A stretch of DNA of 64,000 bases, from assembly GCA_903813345.2 (NCBI GenBank), contig CAIIXF020000001.1, forward strand, positions 46,810,001 through 46,874,000, written 5' to 3'. The translations under genes and the position numbers were made by a program. The notes under the pieces were generated by a model. The model made no database searches, was not told the DNA's origin, and saw only the letters and a program-made list of their open reading frames with translations. Numbering within the stretch: the first letter of the stretch is position 1; each line of letters begins with the position of its first letter. Of this stretch, positions 25,801 to 39,338 are shown piece after piece. The DNA is from Owenia fusiformis. Taxonomy: Eukaryota.

Positions 25801-27063
25801 TTCTGAATGAGAATTATCTAACAAATAATTTCATTACAACAATGACAATTACCAAATTATTGTAATCCGTATCTTTAGTATGGCAATATGGTTTCAAAAG
25901 TGACATCATAGCACACAATAACCCCGACTGTGTCAAAATGGCAAATGAAACAAGAACGTGAGCAATCTAGGACGTGAAGATCAAATGAGAATTGGGTGAA
26001 TCCTTAATCTTTGTTTCTTTCAAGAGATCAACATGTGGCAATACATGCAATACAAAATCATATTTTGAAAATAGAAAAATTGCATTTATGTTGTTAATTC
26101 ATATTTGGTGTACTAATAAGCCAGCAAAAATTAGTTTTGTAAATAATTAAATGACGAAATTCAACTGAAATTATTTTACTCTTTGGAAAAATTAGTTTTG
26201 TAAGTAATAAACGAAGTAATTTAACTGAAACAACTCTATGGAAATCGCACAAGTAAGTTTTGAAGATTGAAATAGCTACAGTTATGTTCAAAAACTGAAC
26301 AAATATAAAAACTGGAAAAAACTAAAACAAGCCCAATTGCATACCCGGCTGCGCCAATATTTGTTGGCGCGTTATGTTTGAGAAAGATCACTTTGTCTTC
26401 AGTGTTAAGCTCTGCTAACTGTCCCCCTAGATTCTGACACTGAACCTGGGCGTCACTGTAGCTTCGAACGTCACTGGCAGATGATACCCAATAACATGTG
26501 TTTTCAGCGACAGTATGTGCCACGTATGTTTCAATATTGGTATCTGCAAACACAAAGTTTCATTTCAAGCAAAGCTAATTACCTGTTATGTTATCGTTTA
26601 AAGTTAATGAGTACTTACATTTGATAAGAAGTAAAGGGAACTCAGAAAGTGGAGGGAACTCAATAAGTGGAGGGAACTCAAGAAGTAAAGCGAACCTATC
26701 TTCTCTGAAGGTGTACCGGTTTTCTCAATAACTTTCAGAGAGAAGTTAAAAAGTTGGATACAAATCAGAGTTTATTTTTATGATTATATCAATAAACATT
26801 ATACTCACTAATACCCACAGATGGTGTATAGTAATATTCGAAAGTGTCGTAGGTGATGGTGTCGATTGCGCAGACTTGTGATGGCCATCCAATGCAGTTT
26901 TTTGATTTGAAATTATAATTGACGGATTTGCAACCTGCAGCTGATGCTGCACATACAGTTATACATGTCGAGAGTGAGTCTCGAGATCCAAATGCTTCAC
27001 TCTGCCCTAAAGATCCCATACATTGTTGTTTAGTTGCGTGTGCAAATCCATCACCAAGGGTCA
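22840..27063 (-). CDS. PAN/apple - C-type lectin - PAN - Ser/Thr mucin - PAN protein (5' end unresolved)
   Basis: Phase-compatible exons 27063-26809 (PAN: CITVC…CKSVNYN…C), 26543-26345 + 25802-25603 (CTL: CYW…AQVQC..LGGQLA, WIGL, NWGVNEP, C…W…C…YVCE), 24371-24147 (PAN), 23360-22840 (S/T repeats + PAN: CCVFC…CMSVNY…CEL). Confidence 0.85.
26629..26697. repeat. ~18-bp minisatellite, 4 units (AAGT(GG/AA)AGGGAACTCA..)
   Basis: Tandem units directly visible in an intron of the PAN/CTL gene. Confidence 0.7.
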
Positions 27064-28795
27064 CTGTAATTGTCAAGAATAATGTGATAAGTGTATGGTT
27101 ATACTATACAAGTACTATTTATTGAATTCCAAATCACTACTCCCTATACGAAGTGAGCGAAGGTAGCCAGGATTTGCAAAGGGGGGGGGGGGGCGTGGCG
27201 GAACAGTGGTTGCAAAGGTAAAGCTAACATCTAAATAATAATTTACAGAAAAAGTTACAAGATTTTTTAAAGCTATTTTCCTTGAAGCGGAATGTATTTC
27301 ATGAAGTCGACAAATCAAAATGAACAATGCATGTATAGTACACATCTTCGTTTTCCAAGGTGATTATAACGTATAACACTCATCTTCGCTCAGCATTGTC
27401 ATTCTGATTATTTGATCTTTCTCCTTTCGCAATGAATAAAACAAATCACTAGCATAAAACATACACCGAGTAACGTCAGAGCCTAGTACACTAGGGGATG
27501 ATGCTATATTCTTCTAAACATAGAAAGGTAAGGGGAACCGTAGAAAATGTGACTATTGCAGCATGTGACCGTACTACGGTGGCATAACTGCTACGTGACT
27601 GAGCGAGGCATTAACAAACTAAAAGCAAGATTAGGATGAAATTTACCCTTGATCCCAGAAAAGAAGCGGAAGTCACTCAATGATTTTGCACTTTAAACTT
27701 ATCTAAGACAATTGGGCATTGTTTTTGAAGGAGATAATTGAAGCCATGATATTATGGTTTAATTGAAACGTAATCCGTTTTAAGAGTCAATTACTAGTAC
27801 ATTGTAAAAGTCAATACAATTATATTCGTTTTTAATGCTTTCGATCAGAGACATACAACATGTCTCTGTTTCGACATATTGTAATTCCATTATAAAATGG
27901 TGCAGTGTATCAATAACTTCATCACGTCTGTCAAAATACAATACAGAGAAGTTAATTCGATTTCAAGAGGAAGCTTTTTCGAGAATTCCATATCGGAATA
28001 GCAAGAATGTTAATGCATCGTAAGTTATCTGTTAATGTTAAGACACCAGATTCAATAAGTGACACCTTATATAAGAAGTGCATTGACCAATTATAGAATA
28101 GCCCACATTGTTGTATATCCGCATAAAATAGTTAAAAGTGTTATGTATTAAGAAAAAATCTATACAGGAATTAGCACGATTAACGCATCTTACTATGTAA
28201 ACTTAACCCGGATGGGGTTTTATACACCAAGGTGATTTTAGTACAAAGTCAACAACCCCCGTGAATTATGGACTTTTTTCTGCTTCTGCTTCATATACGT
28301 ATTCGTATTCGTATTTGTATATTTAGGATATTTATAGGTAGATTGACAAATGTATTTGTAAGTTAAACATTTGTACTCGTTGAATTTACGCATCTTATAC
28401 TGAAATAAATTTGAAAGTCCTTACGTACTTAAAGTATTAGTAGGTGTCATTCAATATGTATCAATGTAGTTTATTATTCAGTTTTACGGAAAATAGTACT
28501 TATTATTCTCCCGGGATTATTCTCTTCTAAAATGTTGAAAATACGACTGAGAGTTCTCAGTATATCAATGAATGGGATCATATAAATAAAAAACTACTAA
28601 GTATCATCATATTTCAATGTCTCACGCTTCAGTATTGTAAATTAAGAAAATGCATCGATCGCGATGATATTTCTGTATTATAAAATATCGTTTATGGCAG
28701 AATGAAAAGTTAGAAATACCTATGGTATCAATATTTTCAAATGCAACTAAAAATAAAGAAAACAATATCGTAAAACGAATTAGCAGATTATTTTA

Positions 28796-29152
28796 CACTC
28801 CCCTCCATAAGTTTGGCAACCTTAGCTCCCCCATTGAACTACGTGTTAAAGCCTCTTTACGATTGAATTTTTTTATTAACTTAACCTGCGATGAAGATAC
28901 TTATACTATGATATTCCCATTGGTTTACTTGGGAATGACAATTTTCAAAAATTCATCAAATTTATCATCAATTTTCGACCTATTGTACTTGAGGAAAAAA
29001 TTGGGAAAATTTGGAGGGATTGGAAATAAAGTCAAGTCACGTTTCCATTGATATTATAAGTAATTTCGTCGCAGGGTAAGTAAATAAAAATTCAAACGTA
29101 AAGGGGCTTTAACACGTAGTTCAATGGGGGAGCAAAGGTTGCCAAACTTATG
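28796..29152. mobile_element. Internally deleted copy of the Tc1/mariner-like foldback element at 46636-47510
   Basis: TA|CACTCCCCTCCATAAGTTTGGCAACC start and GGTTGCCAAACTTATGGA end, both matching the Pax3/7 intron element. Confidence 0.75.
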
Positions 29153-29416
29153 GATATTTAGTATCGTACGAGAAGGTCTTGACTTGTATGTTAAAAATAT
29201 ATGTTGTGGATCTAATAAGCAAAGCACTTTTTGCATTTAGTAGTGTTGAAGGAAATTATACAGATCTAATTTTATTGTATTGACAAAATTAAAACAACTT
29301 CATTTTTTCTTTCTTTCTTTCTTTCTTTCTTTCTTTCACTTCAGTTTCATTTTTAGACCATCATGTATATTATACTGTCAAATAGATTCTGCCAATGCCT
29401 TTTTCCAATGGCATAA

Positions 29417-30031
29417 GGGGAGGCATCAAACGTTCAATGTCTGATGGGAAAGTAAATAAATCTAGTTTTGAATTTGACCCCCTCCCCCAAAAACTAAATG
29501 CCACGAAAGTTCATCCTCCGATCACAGGGCTTCAAAATCCAGAATATATTCTTTCTTTTTACCTCCTGCGATAAGCACTTAGGCTTTCCCCGATTAAGAA
29601 CTCGCAATCTGATTGGCTGTCGCAACACCGCGACAGAAATCATGTATGTCATTGCGCATAATAAGATCACGTGATTCAGTTTAATCGGGCGCTTCCAAAT
29701 TGGTTATAGCAGGGGGAAGAAGGAGGTACGGATTCTGGATACCTGCTTAGGAAGATGTGAAAGTTGACAGCGAACTTTTCGCATGTTTTCATGGATTTGG
29801 AAAATTCTTAAAACATGTGACAACAACAGAAAGCATAATATTACATGTTGCATGCAAGAAAGAATCAGGTGAAATCTATATTTTTAAAGACATTTCCAAG
29901 ACATTCTGAGTCAAAATTGCAAAAGTATTGAAATATCGAAATTTGTCGGATAGCAAATTGAAATGGCTTTGACCCCCCCCTATCTAGATTTATTTAGTTT
30001 CCCATCAGACATTAAACTTTTGATGCCCCCC
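29417..30031. mobile_element. PIF/Harbinger-like MITE
   Basis: TAA|GGGGAGGCATCAAA…TTTGATGCCCCCC|TAA, with ~50-bp TIRs. Confidence 0.8.
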
Positions 30032-31102
30032 TAATCAAAAATGATTGAAATCACATGAGTGTCATACGATTTGCCTTTATAGTCACTGAAACACAATACC
30101 TGGGATTATTTTGTCTCACAATAGACAATACATCTTCCCTTACATCTGGAAGTTCCCATAGGTGAAGTAGAAACCTGTCATTTGACATTGTATCTTTAAA
30201 ATGAGGTTCTCATATTGGAGGTTTGGAGGTTTTGCAGTGACATCAATGTCAAAAACATTGTCTGAGCGAGGCTTGTTAGTAATTGCCTTAATGGCGTTTC
30301 CAGTTTTTTGCATTGTTTTACTGATATGCGCTGCTTTCAGGGTCGGCTCTTTTGGAACACAGTATACATGAGAATTATTTTGCCATGATAAAGGAAATCC
30401 CAAATCGCTACTTTATGATATCACTAGAATTTCAATTCTCTTGTTGTACACATAGTAGTCAAGTTTACGGGTTTTTCTGATTCTGTCAGTTCCAATTGTT
30501 AGAAATCTATATAGATGAACCATACATTCAATCTCACCTTAAATTCACAAGCAATAGATCCTATGTACAAATTATGGATGTAGACAAATTGTGCGCCCGA
30601 CATGTCATAATCCTATAAATACCCACTTTAACCGATGATCATCAACTTACATTCGATCCTCTATTGTTGATTGAACCAACATACATTGGATGGAGATTTC
30701 ATTGCTATTTTTGCAATTGTATCATTTAATGTAAACGATACAATTATCGTCAAAATTAAGTTCATTTGGTATTTGTGATGAGATATTCTGATATCAAGGG
30801 AAATTACGTTTTGTCACTCATTGCATATAATTATTTTCAAAAACGGAACAATAATAGTTTGGTATAAAGTAATTAGAGAATAAAAAAGTATAATCAAAAC
30901 AATTCATACTTTTATTGATGTAAGATTAAACGTAATCCAACAGCATTTCATTGAGATGTAATCGCAATAACAAAGTAAATATTTTTATTTCATGAAAATC
31001 CGATCTGTACAGACGGTACGAATAGTATTTCAAAGTTTTGCTAATGCAAAAGCTATAAAGTATAAATGACATTAAACCTATCGAGTTTTTAAATATACTC
31101 AC

Positions 31103-31449
31103 ACGCCCAGGATTCGTCATAACACTTGCAATTAGACTGTGGCGATACTGGACAAGTGCTGCTCACACCTTTAAAAAGCAAAGGTGATTTGTTTGAAAAG
31201 TATACCACGATGGTGTCTTTCGGGTTACAAATCCCGTAAATCAAGGTAGTGCCATTTATTTTCTTTTACTGTTTTAGTCATTACTACTCCAAGTTTGTGT
31301 AAAATGAAAAGATCCAGAACTTGCGAGTTTTAATGCTAATATAATAAATTGCGATATGTATTGAAAATTCAAGAATATTTCAACTTACCAGCTATCCATG
31401 CGTGTAATACTAGAACTGTCGCAATGGAAAACATTTCTGGTGGTGCCAT
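31103..31449 (-). CDS. Signal-peptide exon (31449-31389) plus a small Cys-rich exon (31168-31103) of a secreted protein; possibly the 5' end of the PAN/CTL gene
   Basis: MAPPEMFSIATVLVLHAWIAG|gtaagt, then ag|VSSTCPVSPQSNCKCYDESWA|gtgagt; both end in phase 1, compatible with the phase-1 PAN exon at 27063. Confidence 0.5.
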
Positions 31450-34400
31450 TTTTGCAAATCATGTCAAAAGCTACTTTTTAAGTCATTTGATCCTTTTATA
31501 CGAATAGGTCTTTTCTCAATGAGTAACTTGGAAACACTAATTTAATTTATCGAATTTTCGTTTCCTCATTGACAGCGTAAGTCATCACTAAGGACAACCA
31601 TAACAGCACTCGATAAATGCGTCCATAGATAGGTACATAGAATAGTTGAATATCCGACTTCCGTTGCAACCCTACTGCTCAGCACTATACAATTATATGT
31701 TTTCAAAAATATACTTTACTTCCGAATCAGATGTTGCCCCAGTGATTTATTAAGTCGTTGTAATTATCTCTCTTCGGGTCTCTATTCAACACGTCAACAA
31801 TTATTGTATGAGCCCAAGTCAATTAACAAAAAACAACGAACGTATCATGCAACTTGTTAAAATTTAAATATACGGAAAATGCCACAATTTCTTCCTTCAA
31901 TTCTTACATTCTACACACTAGATAATTACTTTCGTCATGTCAAAAGTGCTACGGTAACATAACAAATAATCGACATTAAAAAATGTGTTAATTGTTCTGA
32001 TATAGATTTTGATTCAACCATTGTTCATATTGAAAATAAGAACTCGAGATAATGAGCCATCAGAAGCCAATGCATTATTTTTCGTGTAATATACACAAAT
32101 TAGGATTTCAGATGTAAATTGTCTGAGTTTGGTGTTTTGTGAGGTGGGGGGTTTCTCAAGGTAGACATCATAATCCCGTGATGTCAACACTGATCTACCG
32201 CTTTACTCAGAGTTCTAACTGTGGCAATTAAGAGGCAAAAGGGTAATTGCGTTGATGATGAATTTTGCCAGAGTTTTGCGGTTTATTTAATAGTCATTCA
32301 TTTATTGCATTTAGGTTAACTGGCAATGATTAGTATGAAACAAGGCATTAACATGCAAAATACCACCACCTTTCATTTGTTACAGACGCCAAACGCTGAG
32401 CGCCGAACACCGTCCATACAAAATTGAAGACAATATGTCACCATCTGAAATGGTCATCTCCTTTTCATATATTTTTAATTTCATATTTCTAATTTTGTAT
32501 TGAAAAGACTGAAGCTCATTAGTTAATGTATTCTTGCAATACAAGTCAAAGATCACATCAAAATATGATATGAAAAATACACGTGCCATATACAGATTCC
32601 TAAACGTTGAAAAACGAGGAAACCCGTTGTGTTAGGCTCGATGCATCTAATCTCAATTAATTTGTTTCGATGTTGCACCAATGACTAAACTATAAATGGC
32701 TTAAAAGAGAATATAACACAATCGAATATTTTCAATATTTGATTGTATTCTCTGCTGGTTCCTTTGATGTTTTTTCATCTCTCAATAATAGTAACCATTT
32801 GTATCAGTTATTAAAATACTTTAATAACTTCGAATTCATGCCTCTTGGAGTATGAAATAATCTGTTTGATGCCATCTTTTAGATGAATTGTTTGTTCAAG
32901 TTACGAGTTAATAAACTATAGAGTACCGATCCAAGTAGCAATAGGGAATTCCCCAAGGTCTGTATAGCATATAAAAATATTTATCCTATGCCAAGTAGAG
33001 TTTTAGGGAGATAAGTTGGTAAGATATATCCCGTATCCTGATATTGAGGTTTCCATATCCAGAACCTCCATATTTCCCGCTCCAGGGCATATCTTCCCGA
33101 AATAAGTTTGAAAAACTTCGAAAAAATGTGAAAAAATGTTGAAAAAATTAGAAAACTCTACTGGGTATAGCAGGATAAAACAGTTATGTACGGTCGGGTT
33201 TGGATATGGGGTTTATCCCAAACCTCCCAGTGCACCACCCTTATATATTTTATATATTATCTAATTCATGAATTTATTGGTAAAATATTTGAAGTGGGCA
33301 GTTGTTGTAGTATTGACCATTTCGGCTTTGACATGTACACGGTATCCACTTATTAGTAGCCGGGACGGAACAAGCCATACACCTCTTTTTTCCTTAATAC
33401 TCTTTCAATTCTCAATATTTTTTCATGAAATCTTCACGGGATAAACTTTAAAGTTGCTATAGCTACCGGCTGCCATATTTTCCATCATTATATGGGACAC
33501 AATCAAGTACATGAAAACTTGTAATTAAAGTACGCTATAACCAAATAAAACCAATATGACAACAAAATGTGCCACAGGTACTCTCCAAATATTGACTTCC
33601 CTGACAAGCTCAGCTCACGAGGATAGTGCTACCCGAAGGAAAGGGCCCGGGGTAAGGGGGACACTAACCTACTAAAGAAATAACCTGATAAAATTCATTA
33701 TTTCAAAGACGTATTTCCGAAAAACACGAGAAGAGCTTGTCAAATGCAACCCCCTGAAATAAATCCTGTCGAATTTATTGCGAGCAGTACGAACAGTACG
33801 AATAGTGGACCAAAAACAATGTCCCAATTCAGCAATACGAACATGAACCGTGTTCCAATTTCCCAAAAATATATGTACGTGGGTGTGTTGAACAACATTG
33901 CATACTTTTAAAAGTAAGTGGATCAATATTTACAAATACTCAGGGGGTAGAAACGCGTCCAGTATTTTCGTCTGGTACAAACCGAGATACTGGACGCAGA
34001 CCTCCATTTTTGATCCAGAGAGAGGTAGGTGTGATTTTACTCGGTAGCCTGTTTTACAGTGTTTCCTTATGTAGTAAGTTACTAGTAACAGGCTCATCAG
34101 ATTCCCAGTACATTGAGGAACACAAAATTCTTAAAAAATGACAGTCATTCATCTGGAGTTTTTGTAATGTGGGGTTAAGCACGGAAATACTTTGATTTTT
34201 TCCCAGAAAAATACACGAATCGAGTCAGATTTATTTTTATTTACCATTTCATCTAGTGTATGGAATAAGAATTACAGCTTCCATTCGGCAAATTTTAGCT
34301 TTGAAATAATCGGAAATTTTCTTTTATCGATCATTTTTAAGCTAAAATATGCAGAATACCGCGCCGAGCCCATTTTTCGAGGATAAGTATTCTTGCCATA

Positions 34401-35492
34401 TCACATTCTCACCGAACGAAAAAGGTTTGTCCCGGGAATTTTATTTTTCCTTTACCATCGCGTTTGCGTTTCTGTTGTATTGCACACACGTTCTGATACA
34501 TTCTTATTTGAATGATTTAGGGTACATTTTTTCTAGTTTGGCAGTGGCACACGAGACGTGTATATATTTCAAATAATTATCTTACTCTGAAGTGGGATTT
34601 AAAAAAATACTGGTCAGTTCTTTAAAAAGCCAGGTATGATCAAATTACCAGCAGCTAAGAACCAATCAGATTTCAGTATCTAGACAAGGTGCATAATAAA
34701 TTTTGAAAACAATTCAATTAATTGAACGCGCTTCATTATGAAAATAGTTGGCACGCTTACTCCCCCCAAAAAATCAATTTATCTATTCTGGACAAAAAAT
34801 CATGAAAGTACTTGGACGGATACATCATCTCGATGCTATATTGTATTTGTAAGTGGGTCTACGTGTATTTAGCTGTTAAAGAACAAAACTGTGGTAAAAG
34901 CCTTACACTTTCAGGTCAGCACTTAACAGCATACAAAGGATGATCGGAATCCCGAATATATTGATTTCAAATTTGACTTCCATGTGTTCAATCAGGTAAC
35001 GATCGCAATCTGTAGGATCATTGGCTGACATACATTTGGATATGTTCTTACGTTTATAATCATAATTTAGGCCTAGTCAATACTGGGTCTAGTTTGCCGA
35101 AATACATACTCTTAGATTTTCGGCATAAAAGGTAAAAATTGTATCCGCATTGCCAAGCGTGGATCACGTTCCTTCTTGGTGAAAATTCAAGATATTTCTA
35201 CAAAAAGTATTTAAATAATTAGCTCATCAAGAAGTATTTGGTTGCACGGGGGTAAAGCAGACCCGATGATGCAATGAGCTCGCTCGGCGGTATCATGACT
35301 GTGTAACGGGTCTTAATGTATAAGTGTGCTCGGCGGTAGGTTCAAACAACGCGGATCCTCAAAGCATGTGCTCATGGTATATTCGTGTTTTAACACTCGT
35401 GTGGTTGTGTAAGGTTTGCATAAGCTTCACAATAATTTAATCATGTAGTTTCGCTCTGGCTTTATGCATTTATAACATATCGGGATCATTCA

Positions 35493-35648
35493 AGGAGGAT
35501 TGGCTCCCAGAGTGCAACCGATATTGATGTGAATCTTCTGAACTGTTTATTTTGAATTTATAGTGGGGAAAAATTTCAGAAAATAACGACATTTCGACGT
35601 TTTCATTGTTGGAAAATATCGATGTTCCATCCTGGGAGCCAATCCTCC
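35493..35648. mobile_element. Short TIR element (Kolobok-like ends AGGAGGATTGGCTCCCAG); relatives at ~43486 and 46423-47558
   Basis: AGGAGGATTGGCTCCCAG … CTGGGAGCCAATCCTCCT inverted ends; shared internal ATTTTCCAACAATGAA. Confidence 0.6.
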
Positions 35649-36576
35649 TTGGGGATCATTATAAGTTATGTACTTCCTGAGACAGATTGACTTTAAAAAG
35701 TACGCCATAGGGTCCATGGTCCATCTATCTAACGTTTTCAAATTAATTGTTTATTCTCTGTAATGCTATAACTTACTAAATGTTTTATCAAAGTATAGTT
35801 CAATTGCAGCAATGAATGCATTCAACAATTAATCCTGTCTTGTCTAACACCATCTTTGAATGCACAGTACAGTCATCCAATGCTTTATCTCTCAACAGGA
35901 TGGTACAGGACTTGATACACTCACTGGTGTAACTTGTGTGATACCATAAATGTTTCCCCAGTCTTCATCAATGTATTCTGCTTCCACTTTATTACAGTCT
36001 TGTTTGAAATGACACCATTCATCATTTCATGAATTCATTGAAGAAGTAAGATGGTTCCATAAGATAAAATAATGATAGTGATCGATGGAAACGGGAACAT
36101 TGAGGGAAATTGATCTCGATATATATTTCTTATTCGAACATGACTGTATTCACGCCTTCTATAAACTGTAAACAAAGTCAACATTTCACCCGGGGTATAT
36201 TCGCGAAGAATACCCCTGGTAATACGTGTAATATGTGACGTCATGTTTTCATATTCGAATCGTAATATAGACCTCAGAGCAGGGGTAATATCGTCGAATA
36301 CAGCCCTTAGGGCCAGGCACAATTAAAAGCTTTCGAGCATAAAACGTTTGTCCCTAGCCCTGCGGAGTGTATTCAAACGATATTACCCCTGCTCTTCGGT
36401 CTATATTTCTTAAATCTTGGCAATAAGTTTGAGGAATATAATATATACATAATTGCACGTGGCATGTATTCCAACAATATCGGTCGTCTTATGGCTTCGG
36501 TTGCAGCATTCCATCAGTAGCCAACATACGTAGTCAAATATGGGCACCGTATTTCAATAATCACCTAAAGTCTCAC

Positions 36577-38423
36577 TCAGCATTTAGCATATGCTGGATT
36601 TTCTACTCCATTTGAATATTGAGTTGGTGTCTCACTAAAGTGCATGCCCATTTGAGGTGATCCTCTATGTGGCACAGATGGAGGGACGGGTTGGCCATTG
36701 GAGAGGGTCATCACTCGTGGAGAAGTCGACATCTCCATTGGTTTAGACTTAGGGTACGGTTTCATCGTTCGTAGTTTGTAGAACTTGTATGAGATAACGA
36801 GGCATACAACGACCAGGACCCCGACTACTGATGGAATTAATATCTCATTAGGTATCAGCGGCTGTTTGTTGAACTTCCCTGGAACAGAACGGCGGATTAG
36901 TCTCGATAATGGGAATAAGAATGGGATGGGGAGGGGGGGGAGGAGGCTCAGACACTTGATACAAGACTCACATGATATTTGATTGAGATTTTCAATGTTG
37001 ATTTTGAGTTTTTTACAGTCTCATATTGTTTTTTGGAGAACTAGCAGTTTTCCAGAAGACTAAGAGCCTGCTTGGTATGATCATGGGCTATTTGAAAGCC
37101 CATGGTATCAAAGAGTTTTAATAAAATGTATAAATAATTTAATAAAAAGTATGGGACACATACGAGATAATTTACTTACTGCTCTTTTTATTCTTTTGCC
37201 CGATTTCACCTTCATTCTTCTTGCCAGCCGTTTCTACACTGGGACGATCATCGGTATCCTTTGCATGACAGCGTGGTACATTTGGTACCCAGCCATTCTT
37301 AGTACATTTCATCGTTGATATTTTGTCTATTGTGGCATTTTCATCGACACATGAGAAATGTATGGCAGTCCCACAGGGACTTTTGTTATTTAGTGGCCAT
37401 AATTTGTTCTGTTTTAATTCCTTCTTGTAGTGTTCAATGTCTTGAATTTTGTCATCAAAATCGATCTTATCAATTTGGACTTCTTCATGCAAGCTGATTT
37501 GTCCGCACATTATCACTATAAATAAAAGTGCATGTATATCTTTAATGAAATTCTTGAAATCCTCTATTGAGAAAACGATTCTAAATGATTTAAAAATCAG
37601 TTTATCACATTCAATATCTGTAACTGAATTTAGCATTCTGATACTCATCACATTTTTCTCTCTTCAACCAGAAATATGTGTATTAGTGTGAAGCTAATAG
37701 CAGCCATGATATCTCATGATGCATTCAGGGCATTCTGCAGGAAACGTTACGTATTTAGATTAATTTGAATTGAACGACATTGCAGAATTATGAGCAACGG
37801 TGTGTTTTATAAGTTATAAAAACAAAGTGGCACGTACAGCTGCACTTTGTGGGTTTATTGGATTCATTCCACACTCCGTCCGTACATCTACGGTTTTTCA
37901 CTCCACTTCGTTTGTAGCACGTTTCGCAAATGATGCCGAGGGTGGGTCTACCATTGTTCGTTTTGATGATCTGCCTAGAATGCGGTCCACTTTGATATGG
38001 GTCACAATCGAAAGGCTAAAACAATCATTTTACAAACTTAAAGTTCGATCGGTACATTTCTTTTAACTGTTACAATCATCGGAGTAGCATGAGGTAGGCC
38101 CCGCAGAAACTTCAGGGATAAATTTTGGACGATGTCATTAGTTCTTTATGGTGACATTTGCCAAGGACTTAGTAGGTGTGCCATTGACACGTAGGCCTTG
38201 ATCACATGTGATTTATTTATTTTTGATTTAATTTAATATAATTGTTGACGAAAAAGAGTAAGTGGTTAAGAATTGAGCTCTAAAAGACCAGGGTGTAAAT
38301 CTAATTACAACTCACCCATATTGTTGTCGTTCTCAATGTCTGGATATTCTTCTTTTTGCCCGAGTCCACTATGAAAACCAGGTATATAATGTTAAGGAGC
38401 ACAACAGCAGCGTATGTATTCAT
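36577..38423 (-). CDS. Type I membrane protein with two sushi/CCP domains and an NPxY tail, ~307 aa
   Basis: Exons 38423-38316 (signal MNTYAAVVLLNIIYLVFIVDS), 38015-37838 (C…ICETCYKRSG…RCTDGVWN…TKC), 37515-37180 (C…GTAIHFSC…MKCTKNGWVPNVPRC), 36878-36577 (TM ILIPSVVGVLVVVCLVISY, KFYKLR, …ENPAYAKC*). Phases are consistent; 924 nt. Confidence 0.8.
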
Positions 38424-39338
38424 TCTTTATATATATTTATCACAATCACCCATGTATTTGCTTTATCATGAATGCAATGAAACCCTTTTCATAAATATGA
38501 TAAATATCCGTTTATTTTTGATACAGGATCTATTGTGTACTTTTATTTTGCTAAATGGCAATCTAATACGTCTAAATAATCTTAATAAATAATACGTAAA
38601 TGCACTGTATTGTCATAAGTGTGTTGTGCTGAATCTATTTCTCTATATGGTAATTGTTATTAGACACGCTTTGTTTTATCAGCTGTGTGTGCATGCCATC
38701 GCTATTATTTAGAAACCTAATAAAATACAGTAGTAGTTGGAATATCAAACGTATATTCCTCTTTTTCCTCCTAATTAATATTAATTACAGTTTTTTTTTT
38801 ATAAATGATGGTCAAATTCTGCAGATATCACTTCTAAAGCTACATGTAGTCTAGCTACAAGCCTCTGTGACCCCTCTCTCTCCTAGACTACACGCCTTCT
38901 CACACAGTATTGCAGGGTGTGTGTGTGTGTGTGGAGGGGGGGGGGGGGTAAGGTAGACTATTCCATGGGCTTTTTTGGTCTAGAAATGATATAATATATG
39001 TTCTTGTCTAGGACGAAGACTTATTTTCTTCATCCTAGGTTCTTGTACTGACTTTATTCAGATTACAAATTGAAATTGAAGAAAACATGAGAAAATATAG
39101 AAATATAGAGTAGAATTCATGTTCTTTGTGCTGGCCACTACATGTATATTGCATCTACCACCACACGACGTAGGTTAACTCACAAATGGTACGAAATGAA
39201 TCATATTGTTCTGGGAACGTAATTATTATTCCATAATGCTGTAATGAGTTTAAATATCGCTTTAAGCGGAATGAAATTATTTTTTATTTACTATTTCAAT
39301 GTCATATTCCTCACTCTGTGGGTGGTCAAGGCTAATAC

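Noticed and set aside
30686..30787. Minus-strand frame …YIK-TGA-YNC resembling a UxxC selenoprotein motif
   Set aside because: The phase does not fit the upstream exon, another frame is open, and no SECIS or redox-fold context is visible.
34055..34105. CTGATGAG…GAAA on the minus strand, a hammerhead-like core
   Set aside because: The stem II closing pair and flanking stems do not form.
36879..36954. Apparent furin-like RLIRR site before the sushi protein's TM helix
   Set aside because: It lies upstream of the phase-compatible acceptor at 36878, so it is intronic in the best model.
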